NCBI GenBank assembly: GCA_030390025.1
Contig: CM059432.1
Span: forward strand, 81,408,001 to 81,472,000
Direction of reading: 5' to 3'
Length of the DNA: 64,000 nucleotides
Source of the DNA: Squalus acanthias
Taxonomy: Eukaryota
The translations under genes and the position numbers were made by a program. Shown here one piece after another: positions 25,911-38,561 of this stretch (position 1 is the first letter of the stretch; every line of letters starts with the position of its first letter). Under the pieces are notes generated by a model, which saw only the letters and a program-made list of their open reading frames with translations, was not told where the DNA came from and searched no databases.

Positions 25911-26284
25911 ATAAGATAATGAGGGAGCTCGACAAGGTAGATGCAGAGAGGATGTTTCCCCTCGTGGGAAAATCTGGAACTCGGGGGCATAGTTTCAGAA
26001 TAAAGGGTCGCCCTTTTAGAACTGAGATGAGGAGGAATTTCTTCTCTCAGAGGGTCGTAAATCTGTGGAATTCTCTGCCCCAGAGAGTCGTGGAGGCTGA
26101 GTCATTAAATACATTTAAGGTGGAGATCGACAGATTTTTGCAAGATAAGGGAGTGAAGGGTTATGGGGAGCGGGCAGGGAAGTGGCTTTGAGCCCAAGAT
26201 CAGCCATGATCTTATTGAATGGCGGAGCAGGCTCGAGGGAACAAGTGGCCTATTCCTGCTCCTATTTCTTATGTTCTTATGTTC

Positions 26285-28915
26285 CCACACCTGCCACAGC
26301 ACTGAAACAGCCCTAATCAAAGTCACAAAAATCATCGTCTGGGACTTTGACCATGGTGCACTATCCTTTCCCCATTCCTCTCAAGCGTTCGGCAGCCTTT
26401 GAGATGGTCAACCACACCATCATCCTCCAACACTGCTCAGCTCTTGATTAATTCCACTTTCATATATCCAATTGTAGTCAGAGCATCTCCAGCAATGGCT
26501 TCACTGCCTGCCCCTGCAAGTTACCTTTAGAGTCCTCCAAGCACCTATCCATGCCTCCGTTCTCTTCCTCATCTGCATGTTACTCCTTGGCAACATCATC
26601 TGAAGATCATCAGTGGATGCATTGGTTGTAATCTACCAAAATTCCCTGGATTCTGGAATGGTCCCAGCGGATTGGAAAACCGCAAATGTAATGCCCCTAT
26701 TCAAGAAAGCAGGAAACTATCGGCGAGTTGGCCTAACATCTGTCATTGGGAAAATGCTGGAATCCATTATTAAGGAAGTAGTAGCAGGACATTTAGAAAA
26801 TCATAATACAATCAAGCAGAGTCAACATGGTTTCATGAAAGGGAAATCGAGTTTGACAAATTTACTAGAGTTCTTTGAGGATGTAACGAGCAGGGTGGAT
26901 AAAGGGGAACCAGTAGATGTAGTGTATTTGGATTTCCAGAAGGCATTCGATAAGGTGCCACATAAAAGGTTACTGCACAAGATAAGAGCTCATGGTGTCG
27001 GGGGTAATATATTAGCATAGATAGAGGATTGGCTAACTAACAGAAAACAGAGAGTTGGGATAATGGGTCTTTTTCAGGTTGGCAAACTGTAACTAGTGGG
27101 GTGCCACAGGGATCAGTGCTGGGGCCTCAACTATTTACAATCTATTATTAAAATCGAGCCCAATGAGTCTGCAAAGGGATATAGATAGGTTAAGTGAGAG
27201 GGCAAAAAGTTGTCAGATGGAGTATAATGTGAGAAAATGTGAGGTTACCCACTTTGGTAGGAAGAATAAAAAAGCAAAATATTATTTAAATGGAGAGAGA
27301 CTACAGAACGCGGCGGTACAGAGGGATCTGGGGTCCTTGTACATGAAACACAAAAAGTTAGCATGCAGGTACAGCAAGTAATTAGGAAGGCAAATGGAAT
27401 ATTGGCCTTTATTGCAAGGGGGATGGATTATAAAAGTAGGGAAGTCTGGCAACAACTGTACAGGGTATTGTTGAGACCACACCTGGAGTACTGCGTACAG
27501 TTTTGGTCTCCTTATTTAAGGAAGGATATACTTGCATTGGAAGCAGTTCAGAGAAGGTTCACTAGGTTGATTCCTGAGTTGAAGGGGTTGTCTTATGAGG
27601 AAAGGTTGAGCAGGTTGGGCCTGTATTCAATGGAATTTAGAAGTATGAGATGTGATCTTATTGAAACATGTAAGATTCTGAGGGGGAATCTAGAACTAGG
27701 GGCCACAGTTTCAGAATAAGGGGTCGCCCATTTAAAATGGAGATGAGGAGGAATTTCTTCTCTCAGAGGGTCGTGAATCTTTGGAATTCTTTACCCCAGA
27801 GAGCTCTGGAGGCTGAGTCATTGAATATATTCAAGGTGGAGATAGACAGATTTTTGAAAACAGGGGAGTCAAGGGTTATGGGGAACAGGCAGGAAAGTGG
27901 AGTTGAGGCCACGATCAGATCAGCTATGATCTTATTGAATGGCAGAGCAGGCTCGAGGGGCCGAATGGCGTACTCCTGCTCCTATTTCTTATGTTCTTAT
28001 GTTCTTATGACATGGCATCAGCTTCCACAAGTACGCTGATGACACCTCGCTCTATCTCCCCACCACCTCTCTCGATCCCTCCACTGCCTCTTTGTTGTCA
28101 GACTGCTTTTATGACATAAGCTGCAATTTCCTTCAGTTAAACATTGGGAAGACCGAAGCCATTGTTTTTGGTTCCCACCACAAGTGCTATACCTTTGCCA
28201 CAATTGCATTCTCCTCCCTTGCCATTATCATAATTCAACCAGATTGTTTGCAACTTCGGCATCCTATTTGACTCCAAGCTGAGATTTTGACCCCATATTC
28301 CCTCCAGCACAAAGACTGCTTACTTCCACCTCTATAGCATTGCTGATCCCCGCCATTGTCTAAACCCATCTGCTGCTGAGCCTTCATTCATGCCTTTTTC
28401 ACCTTCAGACTCAACTATTCCAATGTTCTCCTGGCCAGCCTCCCATCCTCCACCCTCCTTAAACTTCAGCCCAGCCAAAACTCTGTTACTCGTATCATAT
28501 CTCACCTCATGTTCCGCTCACCTATCACCCTGAGCTACATTGGCAATGCTTCAAATTTAAATTCCTTCTTGCTCTTGCCCTTCCCTAACTCTGTAACCTC
28601 CCCCAACCCAAAAACTGCATTCTTCTGACTCTGGCCTTTTGCACACCCTCCATTTCCTTTGCCTCACCATTGGCGACTGTCCCTTCAACCATCTAGGCCC
28701 CTCACTCTGGAATTCCCTCCCTAAACCTCTCAATCTTCCCCTCATCCTTTAAGACCATCCTTAAAACCCACCTCTTTGACCAAGCTTTTAAGTAGCCATC
28801 CTAATACCTCCTCCTTTGGCTCAGCATCCATTTTTGTCTGAATGCACTTCTGGAAGCACCTTGAGATGTTTTTCTACATTAAAGGCACTATATAAATGCA
28901 AATTATTGTTGCTGC
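26285..28915 (+). mobile_element. Decayed L2 LINE split by a CR1 (26285-~26605, 28009-28915)
   Basis: HSTETALIKVT and YADDT (TACGCTGATGACACC) motifs; L2 tail TATATAAATGCAAATTATTGTTG. Confidence 0.85.
26611..28008 (+). mobile_element. 5'-truncated decayed CR1 with internal deletions
   Basis: RT ORF pieces 26613-27020 and 27363-27719; (TTCTTATG)n tail. Confidence 0.9.
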
Positions 28916-30534
28916 TCACCCGTACACCTGGCCTCTAAGTCGCCGGGTGGATCATTGGCAGCCAGTATGTTGTGTACTGGCCACTTCAGTGATGGAAATA
29001 AGTCTTTGTGGGGTACAGGCTTGGGTCACTGCCTGCCTCCCCCAAAGACTTGAGTAAATAAAACCATTGTTATCGCCCCTTTGAAAAGGGGACCGGGGAC
29101 ACTGGTGGCTGCTTTCAGGGTGGCCTCCAAATCCTACTGGTACACGTCTGCCACAGTGTGTGGGCAGGAATCTGCTCCAGATATGCTCTGTGTGGCCTGG
29201 GTGCCTGCCAGGCTATTCAAATGAAGGGAGGTCCCCTTGGCCCCACAGACTTTGACAGGGTCAGTGCTAGAGGTCCCGGGTAAGCACATCCTGCTACTTA
29301 TGCCAGGATATCGCCCCTGTGGATTTTTAGCCCCATTAGCTAAATAACCTTCATTTGTTTCAAATGGAACTTTCTGTTGACTTTATTTGAAATCCTCAAT
29401 TCTATTGATCAAGTAAGTCAGTTTGAATCAAGAATCATGTCCATGAAGCAAAAACACCTTAACAGTTCCCATAAACCAGTAATTTTTTCCCATTAGGCAA
29501 TAAATCTGTTTCTGTGCAGCACTTTCAAAAAGAATACAAAGACATGCAAAATCCTTCCAACATGCCAGTCAGATAATCAATAATTATCCTCAGTCAGCAG
29601 TTTGCCACAAATTGGATTTAATAAGAAAGATGCGTGTAACTTCTGGTCTTAAGAATTTACATTTATCTTAAATCAGACAGATAAATATTTGTGGTAGTGT
29701 GTACAGGAAAGGTCTATTTTATATTTGTGAATATACATTTCACAAAAAGAAACAATTTATTAGATAGAAGATCACAGAAGAAAATCCACTGCAATGACAG
29801 CTTTCCGTGGAAAATAATTGTCTATTCCTAGAGCAGTGAATAGTAGAAATGTAATTCCTTTTTGTACAGGTAAGATTGCACATACTGATCCTGTTTCAAC
29901 TCATACATTATTTAGGCTGGTTACCTGATTTGTATTTTAGCTGTGGGCAGTTCTTTATTTTTAATTTTAAAGAGTTCAGAGCAGTCTTGGCCCTCGATTC
30001 TTGGTGTTATTAACTCCAGCAGAGAACTCCAGATTACATTCACAAGCGACCTTCTCGTGCAGTATTTGATGTGGGCAGAACTTTGTGATTTTGTTTAAAA
30101 CAGAAACATGTGTGTTGATTTGTATGGAGAAAAGCATTCAGATGTGATATCCCTCAGTAAGGTTTGAGCCGTGTCAGTGTATGTTTTTAATTACACAGGG
30201 AGACTTATTGGTACGTTAACCCTTTGAGAACTACACTGAAGTTTTTGCACCTTGACCTAAAAATAGCAGGTTGGAGCAGTCAGTTTGGTTAGATAATGCA
30301 ATATGAGTCCTTTACTCCAGTTGGCCAGTGTAAAAAATAGAATTTCCATCAAGTTAAATAGCCCCTTATCATGTCTCAAAGTATTTCACATCCAACAGAA
30401 ACCTTCATTCGTATAGTACCCCTCATCTAGAGAACATAAACATCTTGAGGTGAGTAACAATGAGGAAAAACAGTGTGAATGAGTGAGATTAAGAAGTAAC
30501 AATCAAAGAGGTTTTTAAGAGATTTTCAAAAGAA

Positions 30535-31192
30535 ATGTCTCCTCACCAAAACTGCGTACTTCCACCTCTGTAATATCACCCGTCTCCATCCTTCCCTCAG
30601 CCCATCTGCTGCTAAAACACTCATCCATACTTTTGTTACCTCCAGACTCTATTTCAATGCTCTCCTGGCTGGCCTCCCATCTTTCACCTTCCATAAACTT
30701 AAGCTCATCCAAAACTCTGCGGCCCATATCCTAACCACGTCCAATTCACCCATCACCCTTTTGGTCGCTGACCAACATTGGCTCTCGGTTTACCGATGGC
30801 TCGATTTTAAAATTCTCATTCTCGTGTTCAGATCCCTACATGGCCCCGCCCCTCCCTATCTCTGTAACCAGTTCCAATCCTACAACCCTCCGAGAACTCT
30901 GCGTTCCTCCAAATCTGGCCTCTTGTGCATCCCCCACTTCCTTCACCCCACCATTGGCAGCTGTGCCTTCAGTTGTCTAGGCTCTAAGCTCTGGAATTCC
31001 CTCCCTAAAACTCTGCACCTATTTTAAGACGCTCCTTAAAACCTATCTCTTTGACCAAGCTTTTGGTCACCTGTCCTAATGTCCCCTTCTTTGGCTCGGT
31101 ATCAATTTTTGTCTGATTACGCTTCTGTGATGCACCTTTGGATCTTTTACTACATAAAGGTGCTATATAAATGCAAGTTATTGTTGTTGGTT
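30535..31192 (+). mobile_element. L2 LINE 3' fragment
   Basis: [14 protein letters not shown]...GPAPPYL...AFS...KLWNSLP; tail TATATAAATGCAAGTTATTGTTG. Confidence 0.85.
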
Positions 31193-31620
31193 GCAGGTAC
31201 ATGAGTGGGTGGACAGATTAAAAACAACCATTAAGAAAGTAAATGAGATTTTGGGATTTATATCGATTCGGAATATAATCAAAAGCAAAGAGGTCATGGT
31301 GACTCATTCTAAAATGATGGTTGGGTCACATCTGGAATACCGTGTGCAGTCTAGGCTTATCATTGTCGAAGAAATATAATACTCTTGCAAAAAGTGCAAT
31401 GCAGCTTTACCAGGATGATGCCAGGAATGAGGAATCTGAGTAACAAGAAAAGGCTAATGCTGTTGTCTCTTGAATTGAGAATATTGAGGGGAATTTGATA
31501 GAGGTTTTGAAAATTATAAAAGAAATATACAGGGTAAGTGTAGATAATTTTCATTGGTAGGCATATCAAAGACAAAAGGGCATCACCTTAAGATAAGCAC
31601 AAGGTACATAAAGGGGGTGA
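31193..31620 (+). mobile_element. Old CR1 RT C-terminal fragment
   Basis: IKKVNEILGFI...KSKEVM...SHLEYRVQ. Confidence 0.65.
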
Positions 31621-32044
31621 GGTGTTGTAATGAGGGAAAAAAGCACGGGCTCATCCTTGACTTCTAGACTGACCCTGGAATAAGAGGGGATTTGGCCATA
31701 GAGCAGAGGCAGCAGTAACACATGATGTGGTTGAACCAGATCGGGCAGTCAGTAGTCAGGCTGATTGTCACCATGTACACCAAAGTCTGCGGCCACTATA
31801 TTTGAGGTTGCAGAGGTGGCAACTGTACCGGTTGGGGGAGGGGGGTCAGAGGGGGCACAGTGAGAGACTACACAGCATCTAGTTGAAATAAGTGTGTTGA
31901 AGATAGAAGCAAGGCAATTGTGAGCTGAAACAGGTAGTTGATGCGATTGGCTTTTTTACGGGGGGAATGATAAGATGATGATGGAAATATGAGTCAGGAA
32001 GGAGATGAGGAATTTGGAGTTGAACATGTCTTGTTATACACTAG

Positions 32045-32190
32045 AGGCAAAAAAAACTGCCTGAAAAACTGGAAATCTGAATCAAAAACAGAAAATGCTG
32101 GAAACACTTAACAGAATCATCAGCATCTGTGGACAGAACAGATACTAATTGACCCGCTTAGTCAACCAGTATTTTCTGTTTTTTGATTCA
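32045..32190. repeat. Short palindromic repeat relic (AAAACAGAAAATGCTGG ... CCAGTATTTTCTGTTTT)
   Basis: Inverted arms are visible. It resembles an abundant shark short repeat (from recall, not searched). Confidence 0.45.
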
Positions 32191-32431
32191 TGTTATATCT
32201 TGTTGGTTATGAGTATCTGTATATGAAACCATGTATAATGTCATGGTTGAGGAGATATCCTTGTGTGTGGGTGGTTGAGTTTATGTGGAGGGTGAATGTC
32301 TTAAAGCAGAGAATTTAGAAGAGACAAAGCAGTATGAGTTCATGATGAAATAAAAGTTTCTGCACTCAGTTAGGAGACTGAGTGAGGCAATAAGAGATAT
32401 GTTGGTAAGGAAAGAACACAAAGGAGACAAT

Positions 32432-33107
32432 GGCCTGAATTTTAATAGTTTGGCAGGTTGGGAGAGGGGGGGGGTGCTCAGAAGCGGTCGGGAAACCCGG
32501 GAGAATGGGTTTCCCGCAGACTCTGCCGAATTTAACGGCAGAGCCTGATTTGTATTGAAAACCTCTGTTTCCCACCCGCAGCCAGCCAGATTGAGAGGCT
32601 GCGGGCAGGTAGGCCTTTGGCACTAGAGAGGAGGGAGGGAGGGAGGAATCGCGTAGGGGCAGAGGGGTGGTCGAGGGAGGCTGGAGGAGCACGGAAAGGG
32701 CCAGAGGAGCAGGGGTGGGGGCTCAGGACCAATCGTAGGCCCGGAGGAGCAAGAGGAGGGGGGGTCTCGGGACCGATCAGAAGACCAGAGGAGCGAGGGG
32801 GGGTGCGGGAGCAGATTGGGGGCCGGAGTGGCAGATAGGGGGGCCAGAGGAGCAGGAGTGGGAGGTTTGGAGCATCATCGGAGGGCCAGGACGAGCATGG
32901 GGGGCCAGGTGGGGTGGGGGAGGGTGGGCAGAGGAGCAGTCCGGGGGGGGGGATCGGTGGCCTGGGGGGATTGGAGGCCTCGTGGGGGTGTCTCCGATCG
33001 CGGGGTGTGGGTTAGACAGGGACGCTGAATCCAAGAGGTAAGTGTAAAGGCATTTACCTCCTGGATCCAGCAGTCCTCACCTTCCATTACCTGTCGGGTT
33101 TCACGAG
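32432..33107. mobile_element. G-rich non-autonomous DNA element (Harbinger-like left end), truncated by a LINE fragment
   Basis: Starts GGCCTGAATTTT; degenerate CGATCGGGG-like internal repeats related to 33603-34632. Confidence 0.6.
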
Positions 33108-33582
33108 GCTCCAACAACACTCAAGAAGCTCGACACCATCCAGGACAAAGCAGCCCACTTGATTGGCACCCCATCCACCACCTTAAACATTCACTCCCTC
33201 CACCACCGGCATACCGTGGCTGCAGTGGGCACCATCTACAAGATGCACTGCAGCAACTCGCCAAGGCTTCTTCAGCAGCACCTCCAAAATCTCTTCCACC
33301 TAGAAGGACAAGGGCAGCAGGCACAGGGCAACACCACCACCTCCAAGTTCCCCTCCAAGTCACACATCATCCTGACTTAGAAGTATATCACCGTTCCTTC
33401 ATCTTCGCTGGGTCAAAATCCTGGAACTCTCTACCTAACAGCACTGTGGGAGTACCTTCACCACACGGACTGCAGCAGTTCAAGAAGGCAGCTCATCACC
33501 ACCTTCTCAAGGGCAGTTAGGGATGGGCAATAAATGCTGGTCTTGCCAGCGACGCCCACATCCCATCAACGAATAAAAAAAA
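33108..33582 (+). mobile_element. 3' fragment of the CR1-group LINE family at 61271-62820
   Basis: Collinear with 62337-62810; ends GGGCAATAAATGCTGG...GAATAAAAAAA. Confidence 0.88.
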
Positions 33583-33602
33583 CCCTACATCTTGCACACC
33601 AT

Positions 33603-35277
33603 GGCCTTGATATTTGCGGGGTGGGGGGAGGTGTGGGTGAGGCTAAAAACGGCTGAAGAACCCGGCAAGGCCATGGCATGGAGGTCCTGCTGATCTTAAT
33701 AGCAAGATCTCATTAACATTGTGCAGGTCCGTCTCCCACCCAGCTGCCACCCAAATGGACAGTCTGGCAGGTGGGTGTACGGGAACGGGAGAGGCAGGAG
33801 GCTGCAGCTGAGGACCCTTGTCCCTGGCAATTGGGAAGGGGAGAAGCCCGCAATCGGGAGGGCTGGGGGTTGGTCTGTGATCGGGGCTGGGGGTTGGTCT
33901 GTGATCGGGGCTGGGGGGAGGGCTGTGATCGGGGCGGGGAGGGGTCTGTGATCGGGGCTGGCGGGAGGTCTGTGATCGGGGCTGGGGGGAGGTCTGTGAT
34001 CGGGGCTGGGGGGAGGTCTGTGATCGGGGCTGGGGGGTGTCTGTGATCGGGGCTGGGGGGAGGTCTGTGATCGGGGTTGGGGGGAGGTCTGTGATCGGGG
34101 CTGGGGGCTGGTCTGTGATCGGGGCTGGGGGTTGGTCTGTGATCGGGACTGGGGGAGGGCTGTGATCGGGGCTGGGGGTTGGTCTGTGATCGGGGCTGGG
34201 GGGAGGGCTGCGATCGGGGCTGTGGGTTGGTCTGTGATCGGGAGAGCTCGGGGTTGGTCTGTGATCGGGGCTGGGGGTTGGTCTGTGATCGGGGCTGGGG
34301 GTTGGTCTGTGATCGGGGCTGGGGGGAGGGCTGTGATCGGGGCTGGGGGTTGGTCTGTGATCGGGGCTGGGGGTTGGTCTGTGATCGGGGCTGGGGGGAG
34401 GTCTGTGATCAGGGCTGGGGGGAGGGCTGTGATCGGGGCTGGGGGGAGGGCTGTGATCGGGGCTGGGGGTTGGTCTGTGATCGGGGCTGGGGGGAGGGCT
34501 GTGATCGGGGCTGGGGGGAGGGCTGTGATCGGGGCTGGGGGGAGGGCTGTGATCAGGGCTGGGGGTTGGTCTGCGATCGGGGCTGGGGGGAGGGCTGTGA
34601 TCGGGGCTGGGGGGAGGGCTGTGATCAGGGCTCTTTCCTGTGCATATTGTATTTGTGTTCATGTACTAACACATCAAACATTGATCAGCAAAGACATACA
34701 CAGAGGAACACATGAACTCAGGAAAGAGAAAGAGGCTCTGCAACATCCTGCAGCAGACCAAAAAGCACATGACGTCACACCTGAAAATGCAAAGGTAACC
34801 ATCAGGTATTCCATCTCACAGTTTAAACAAATCTACCACTAAAATTTAATGCCTCCAAATTCAACATTTGCTTTCCCCACCATGCCACTCCACCAACCAC
34901 CTGCCACCTTAAACAAAAGCAGCATAAAAGGAACTGAAGAACAAAAAGAAGACACTCACAGGAAGCACAACATGAACACAAATACAATATACACAGGTAA
35001 GGGATAAATCTAACTCTGACTTACCATGGGCAATGCCACGGGAGACCCACTAATGTATAAAGTAAAGGTTTCTCATTTACAGATTTCACAGAATAATTGT
35101 AAATTTTACTTTCCACCACCGACTGATGGTGTCCTTGATCTCGTTGGAAATCTGGGTTAAGGCTACGTTAAATATTTGAATATTTGAACAAGTGAAAGTG
35201 GGGCTCACTGGGGGGTTTAAGCCTGCGGCTTGACTTGGATCCCCAAAGATTTAGCAGCAATTGAGTTTTCAGCCCCT
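33603..35277. mobile_element. Putative non-autonomous DNA element carrying the minisatellite; right end uncertain
   Basis: Starts GGCCTTGATATTT, and its first 250 bp resemble 32432-32640. Candidate end TTTTCAGCCCC. Confidence 0.4.
33851..34632. repeat. 24-bp G-rich minisatellite, ~32 units of TGTGATCGGGGCTGGGGG(TTGGTC/GAGGGC/GAGGTC)
   Basis: Directly visible tandem array; gives 8-aa periodic ORFs in several frames. Confidence 0.97.
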
Positions 35278-35695
35278 ATATAGGGAGCTGATGTAGGCTA
35301 CTAATTTTCATCTTCTGTGCTCTTGCCATTGGCACTCCCGGAGTGGCTTTCCACTGCCATTTTAAGTGGTCCCTCTGCAGAGATGAGATAGTAGTGCAAG
35401 TGCCCACCACCAAAATGTAAAACATGGAACCTGCCCCATATCTCACAAACTCTGGCAAGTCCCGGTTCAAAGTAGGTGCATCTCGACATGCCAGGATCAT
35501 AGGCATTCATGAATTGGGGCCAGAATCTCTCTCAGAGAAGCCACAAGGATGTGCAGGAGTGGGGAACATCACATTGATGCAGGTGGGGGTGTTTTTCTGA
35601 GGCTGGGGTTAAGTCACATTGTTTTGTTGTGAATACAGCCACACTTTACACATGACTAATATACCTATTCTATGAGTGCTTCAGGCTAACGCTGG

Positions 35696-37324
35696 GGCTG
35701 CGATTTTGCGAACCTAAGCGGGTCCATGGCAGGCGATGTCGGTGACGGGTCCCGATTCCGCTGCTTGCTCCAGCCCCCTGTCTGAAATGAATTTACCATG
35801 ATCGGGATTGTTAAGCCCGCCCAGCGCATTTCCCAGCCAATTAGAGGAAGCGGGTCTGGTGACGTCATTTGATGACACATCATCAGCCGGTTTCCTTAAA
35901 GGGACCATGGCCAACGTAATTTTGATATTTGTGCTGTCAGTGTTCTACAGCATTGAGGTACAGCAAACACTGACAAGCACTGCACAAAGGCACAGGGCTG
36001 CACCCAGGCTCTCCCATGACTCCCTCCATATGCTTATGGAGGGAGTCACAGCATGCAGGGAGGTCCTCGTCCCTTCCCATGGACGGAAGAGACCTCCCCA
36101 GGAGACCAACACAGCCTGGTTGCACATCAGATCCCCATCACTCTGCCTTCCCTACCCTACTCCTGCACATCCTTACTCACACCAACTTACCTTGCACCTT
36201 CACCCATCCCTCTCTATCTACATTATCACTTCCCCATCTCACTAGCCACCCCTCACACTCACTCTCATCCTAGTCCAATCATACCAACAACAACACACAA
36301 GGGTAGGTACTTGGGTGTTTTATGCAATGTCCATGTGAAGTTTCTGTTAATGTGCTGTCAAACATTGAAACCTTTATTTTCAACACTTTGCGTTCTTGGA
36401 CAGATTTGTGTGCACCTTTGGAAGTGACTTAGTGAGTTGCAGTGAATGGTGAGACATAACGGTACCCCCGCAATGGTGGTGAGTGTGAAAGGAATGGCTT
36501 GGTCATTGTAGGGATGCGTTATGGTGTTGGTGTGGGGTGGTGCCAACCTGGCGCATCATGTGGCAGCCAGGGTGTACAGCGTCAAGTGAAGTAAATCTGG
36601 CGATTGTGAGGCTCCCGGGCAGCAATATGGTGGGGTGCTGACGCCCTCTGTCCTGTGCAACATCAGTTGATTGTGGAGAAGGTTGGTGAGGTTGTTGTTA
36701 GTGCTACTGGTGTGCCTGATGCTGCTGGTGTTGGGGCTGATTGTGGTGGGATTCTGAGGACCAAGGTGAGAGAGTATAAAGGGCACCCATGCTGATGGAC
36801 TAGATGGCAGGTGAAGTAGAGATGACAGAAGCGATCGGTCAATGGTGGGAGAGGTAATGAGATCAGACTGGATGGAGACTTGTGTAAAGACTTGCAGCAT
36901 CCTGAATCTGTTGTGGAAATGCAGTGAGGATAAGCTTGTGGCTGAGGAAAGATATCTCTGTAATGTGGGAGCTTTTACTTGACATTTGAAGCTGTCAACT
37001 CATCAGCTGATTCACTGGCCACTGACCTCCCGCCTCAGCTTCACAGACGTGGCCTAGCAACAGTGTAAAACCTGTGTGCGAACTGTCAAATTCAAAAGGT
37101 CAGTTTAAAACCATTGTTAAGTGGCTGTAAACAAGCCACTAGGCATTTAAATTGGCTCCCCCGCCGCTGCATGTCGGGTCTGCTCAGCGCGGACATACCT
37201 GACATTTGGTAAAGGCGCGTGGCGGCAGGTTCACAGCGGGGTCGTGACCCATGGGGGAAAAAAAACACTTTCCCACCCGACCCGCCACCGATTGCGCCTG
37301 CTGAGCCCCCGGAAAATCTCGGCC
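35696..37324. mobile_element. Harbinger deletion derivative (Myb exon 1 on +, hollow transposase on -), TSD TGG
   Basis: TIRs GGCTGCGATTTTGC / GGAAAATCTCGGCC flanked by TGG. RAAPRLSHDSLHMLMEGV...GRKRPPQETNTAWL is homologous to exon 1 at 51761. Confidence 0.85.
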
Positions 37325-37696
37325 TGGGTATCTGAAATGGGAATTTACATTTCTAAGCACTAATATCCTTCACTTTAATTAGAACAATTTCAAAATAGTG
37401 TTTCATTGCATCACAGCCAAGATCTATCAGTTTCCATTAATAGAGTTCTAACATAAGGTTGCTAATGTATTATTCTCAAATGCTCTTACCATCAGCATCT
37501 TAAGTGAAACCTCATTCTTTGGACTTTATTCTACTGTGATGTCAGTGATAATCTTCCAGTCTGTATACTTGCTCAGAGCTCAATGGTTTTTGATGTGAAT
37601 TTTTGTGTAACTAAGACTGTAGTATTAATGCCGTGCTGCAGACTGACTGATATTAAGAGGCAGTAATGTCAATGCCAATGTTTGTGTAATGAAAGT

Positions 37697-38050
37697 GTCT
37701 GCTATGGCTCAGTGGTAGCATTCTCACCTCTCATGGGTTCAAGAGTTCAAGCTCCACTCCAAAGACTTGTGCATATAATTTAGGCTGACATTTCAGTGCA
37801 GTACTGAGGGAGGTGCAACTTTTCGGATAAGATGTGAAACTGAGGCCCCATCAGCCCTCTCAGGTGAATGTAAAAGATTCCATGGCACTATTCAAAGAGC
37901 TGGGAAGTTCTCTTGGTGTCCGAGCTAACATTTGCCCCTCAACAAACATCACTAAAACAGTTTATCTGGGCATTTACCTCATTGCTGTTCGTGGGACCAT
38001 GCTGTGTACAAATTAGTTGCTGCATTTCCCTACATTATACCAGTGACTAA
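37697..38050 (+). mobile_element. SacSINE1-like Deu-SINE, 3' truncated
   Basis: TGGCTCAGTGGTAGCA A-box, GTTCAA B-box-like motif, body collinear with 10881-11309. Confidence 0.8.
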
Positions 38051-38561
38051 AGCTCAGATTTTAACTCGGGGCAAGAGCCAGATGCTCGCTCGAAATGGGT
38101 GTCCAAAGTCAGCTTGCTGGCTTTGAGCCTGCGAAGACTAGATGGTCCGAAGGCCCCTAGGCTGGCAGTCAGGTACGTCGCAGATGGGGAGGAAGGTGTT
38201 TGCAAGGGTTTAGCAGGTCGGAAAGGAGGGGGAGCCCAGGATAGAAGCAACCCAAACTTTTCTTGTGGTGCCCGGAGCATTCCTGCTCCTCCACTGGGTG
38301 TCCGCCAGGCTTTATTGAGCGGCACATCCGCAGCAGACGCTCCGCTCAGCTAACATTGCATTGGGGTCCTAATGGCATCACAGACCTCGATTAACATGTA
38401 TTCATGAGGCTCCTGCCGCACCACCCCCCCACCCCACCCCATCCCAAGAAAATAGCAGTGTTAAAATGGCTGTGGGGCAGAAAAGTCCCAAGACCACCGC
38501 TTGGATGTTAACTTCTGTTCTGCCCAGTTTCTGCCAGGCAGAGGAAGTTAAAATTTCCTCT
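38051..38561. mobile_element. Degenerate MITE
   Basis: Inverted ends AGATTTTAAC / GTTAAAATTT with a GC-richer interior. Confidence 0.45.

Larger units (their letters stand above)
21755..26283 (+). mobile_element. CR1 LINE (pieces 21755-21818, 23471-25028, 25911-26283) with nested CR1 and MITE
   Basis: The pieces join into a sequence collinear with 1-2188. Stops and frameshifts at ~23950, ~24128 and ~24893; (TTCTTATG)n tail. Confidence 0.9.

Noticed and set aside
29925..30090. Minus-strand exon ending CAG|GTAACC
   Set aside because: In-frame stop just upstream, no good acceptor and no partner exons found.
30381..30455. Exon ending at the strong GAG|GTGAGT donor
   Set aside because: Resembles a decayed L2 tail, has a weak acceptor, and its phase gives an early stop with the downstream candidates.
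33851..34632. CRISPR-like array
   Set aside because: Head-to-tail units with no unique spacers, no cas genes, and a eukaryotic context.
33643..34842. Long Pro-rich, Gly-rich and Cys/Trp-rich ORFs (339, 236 and 178 aa)
   Set aside because: They are translations of a stop-free 24-bp minisatellite in several frames.
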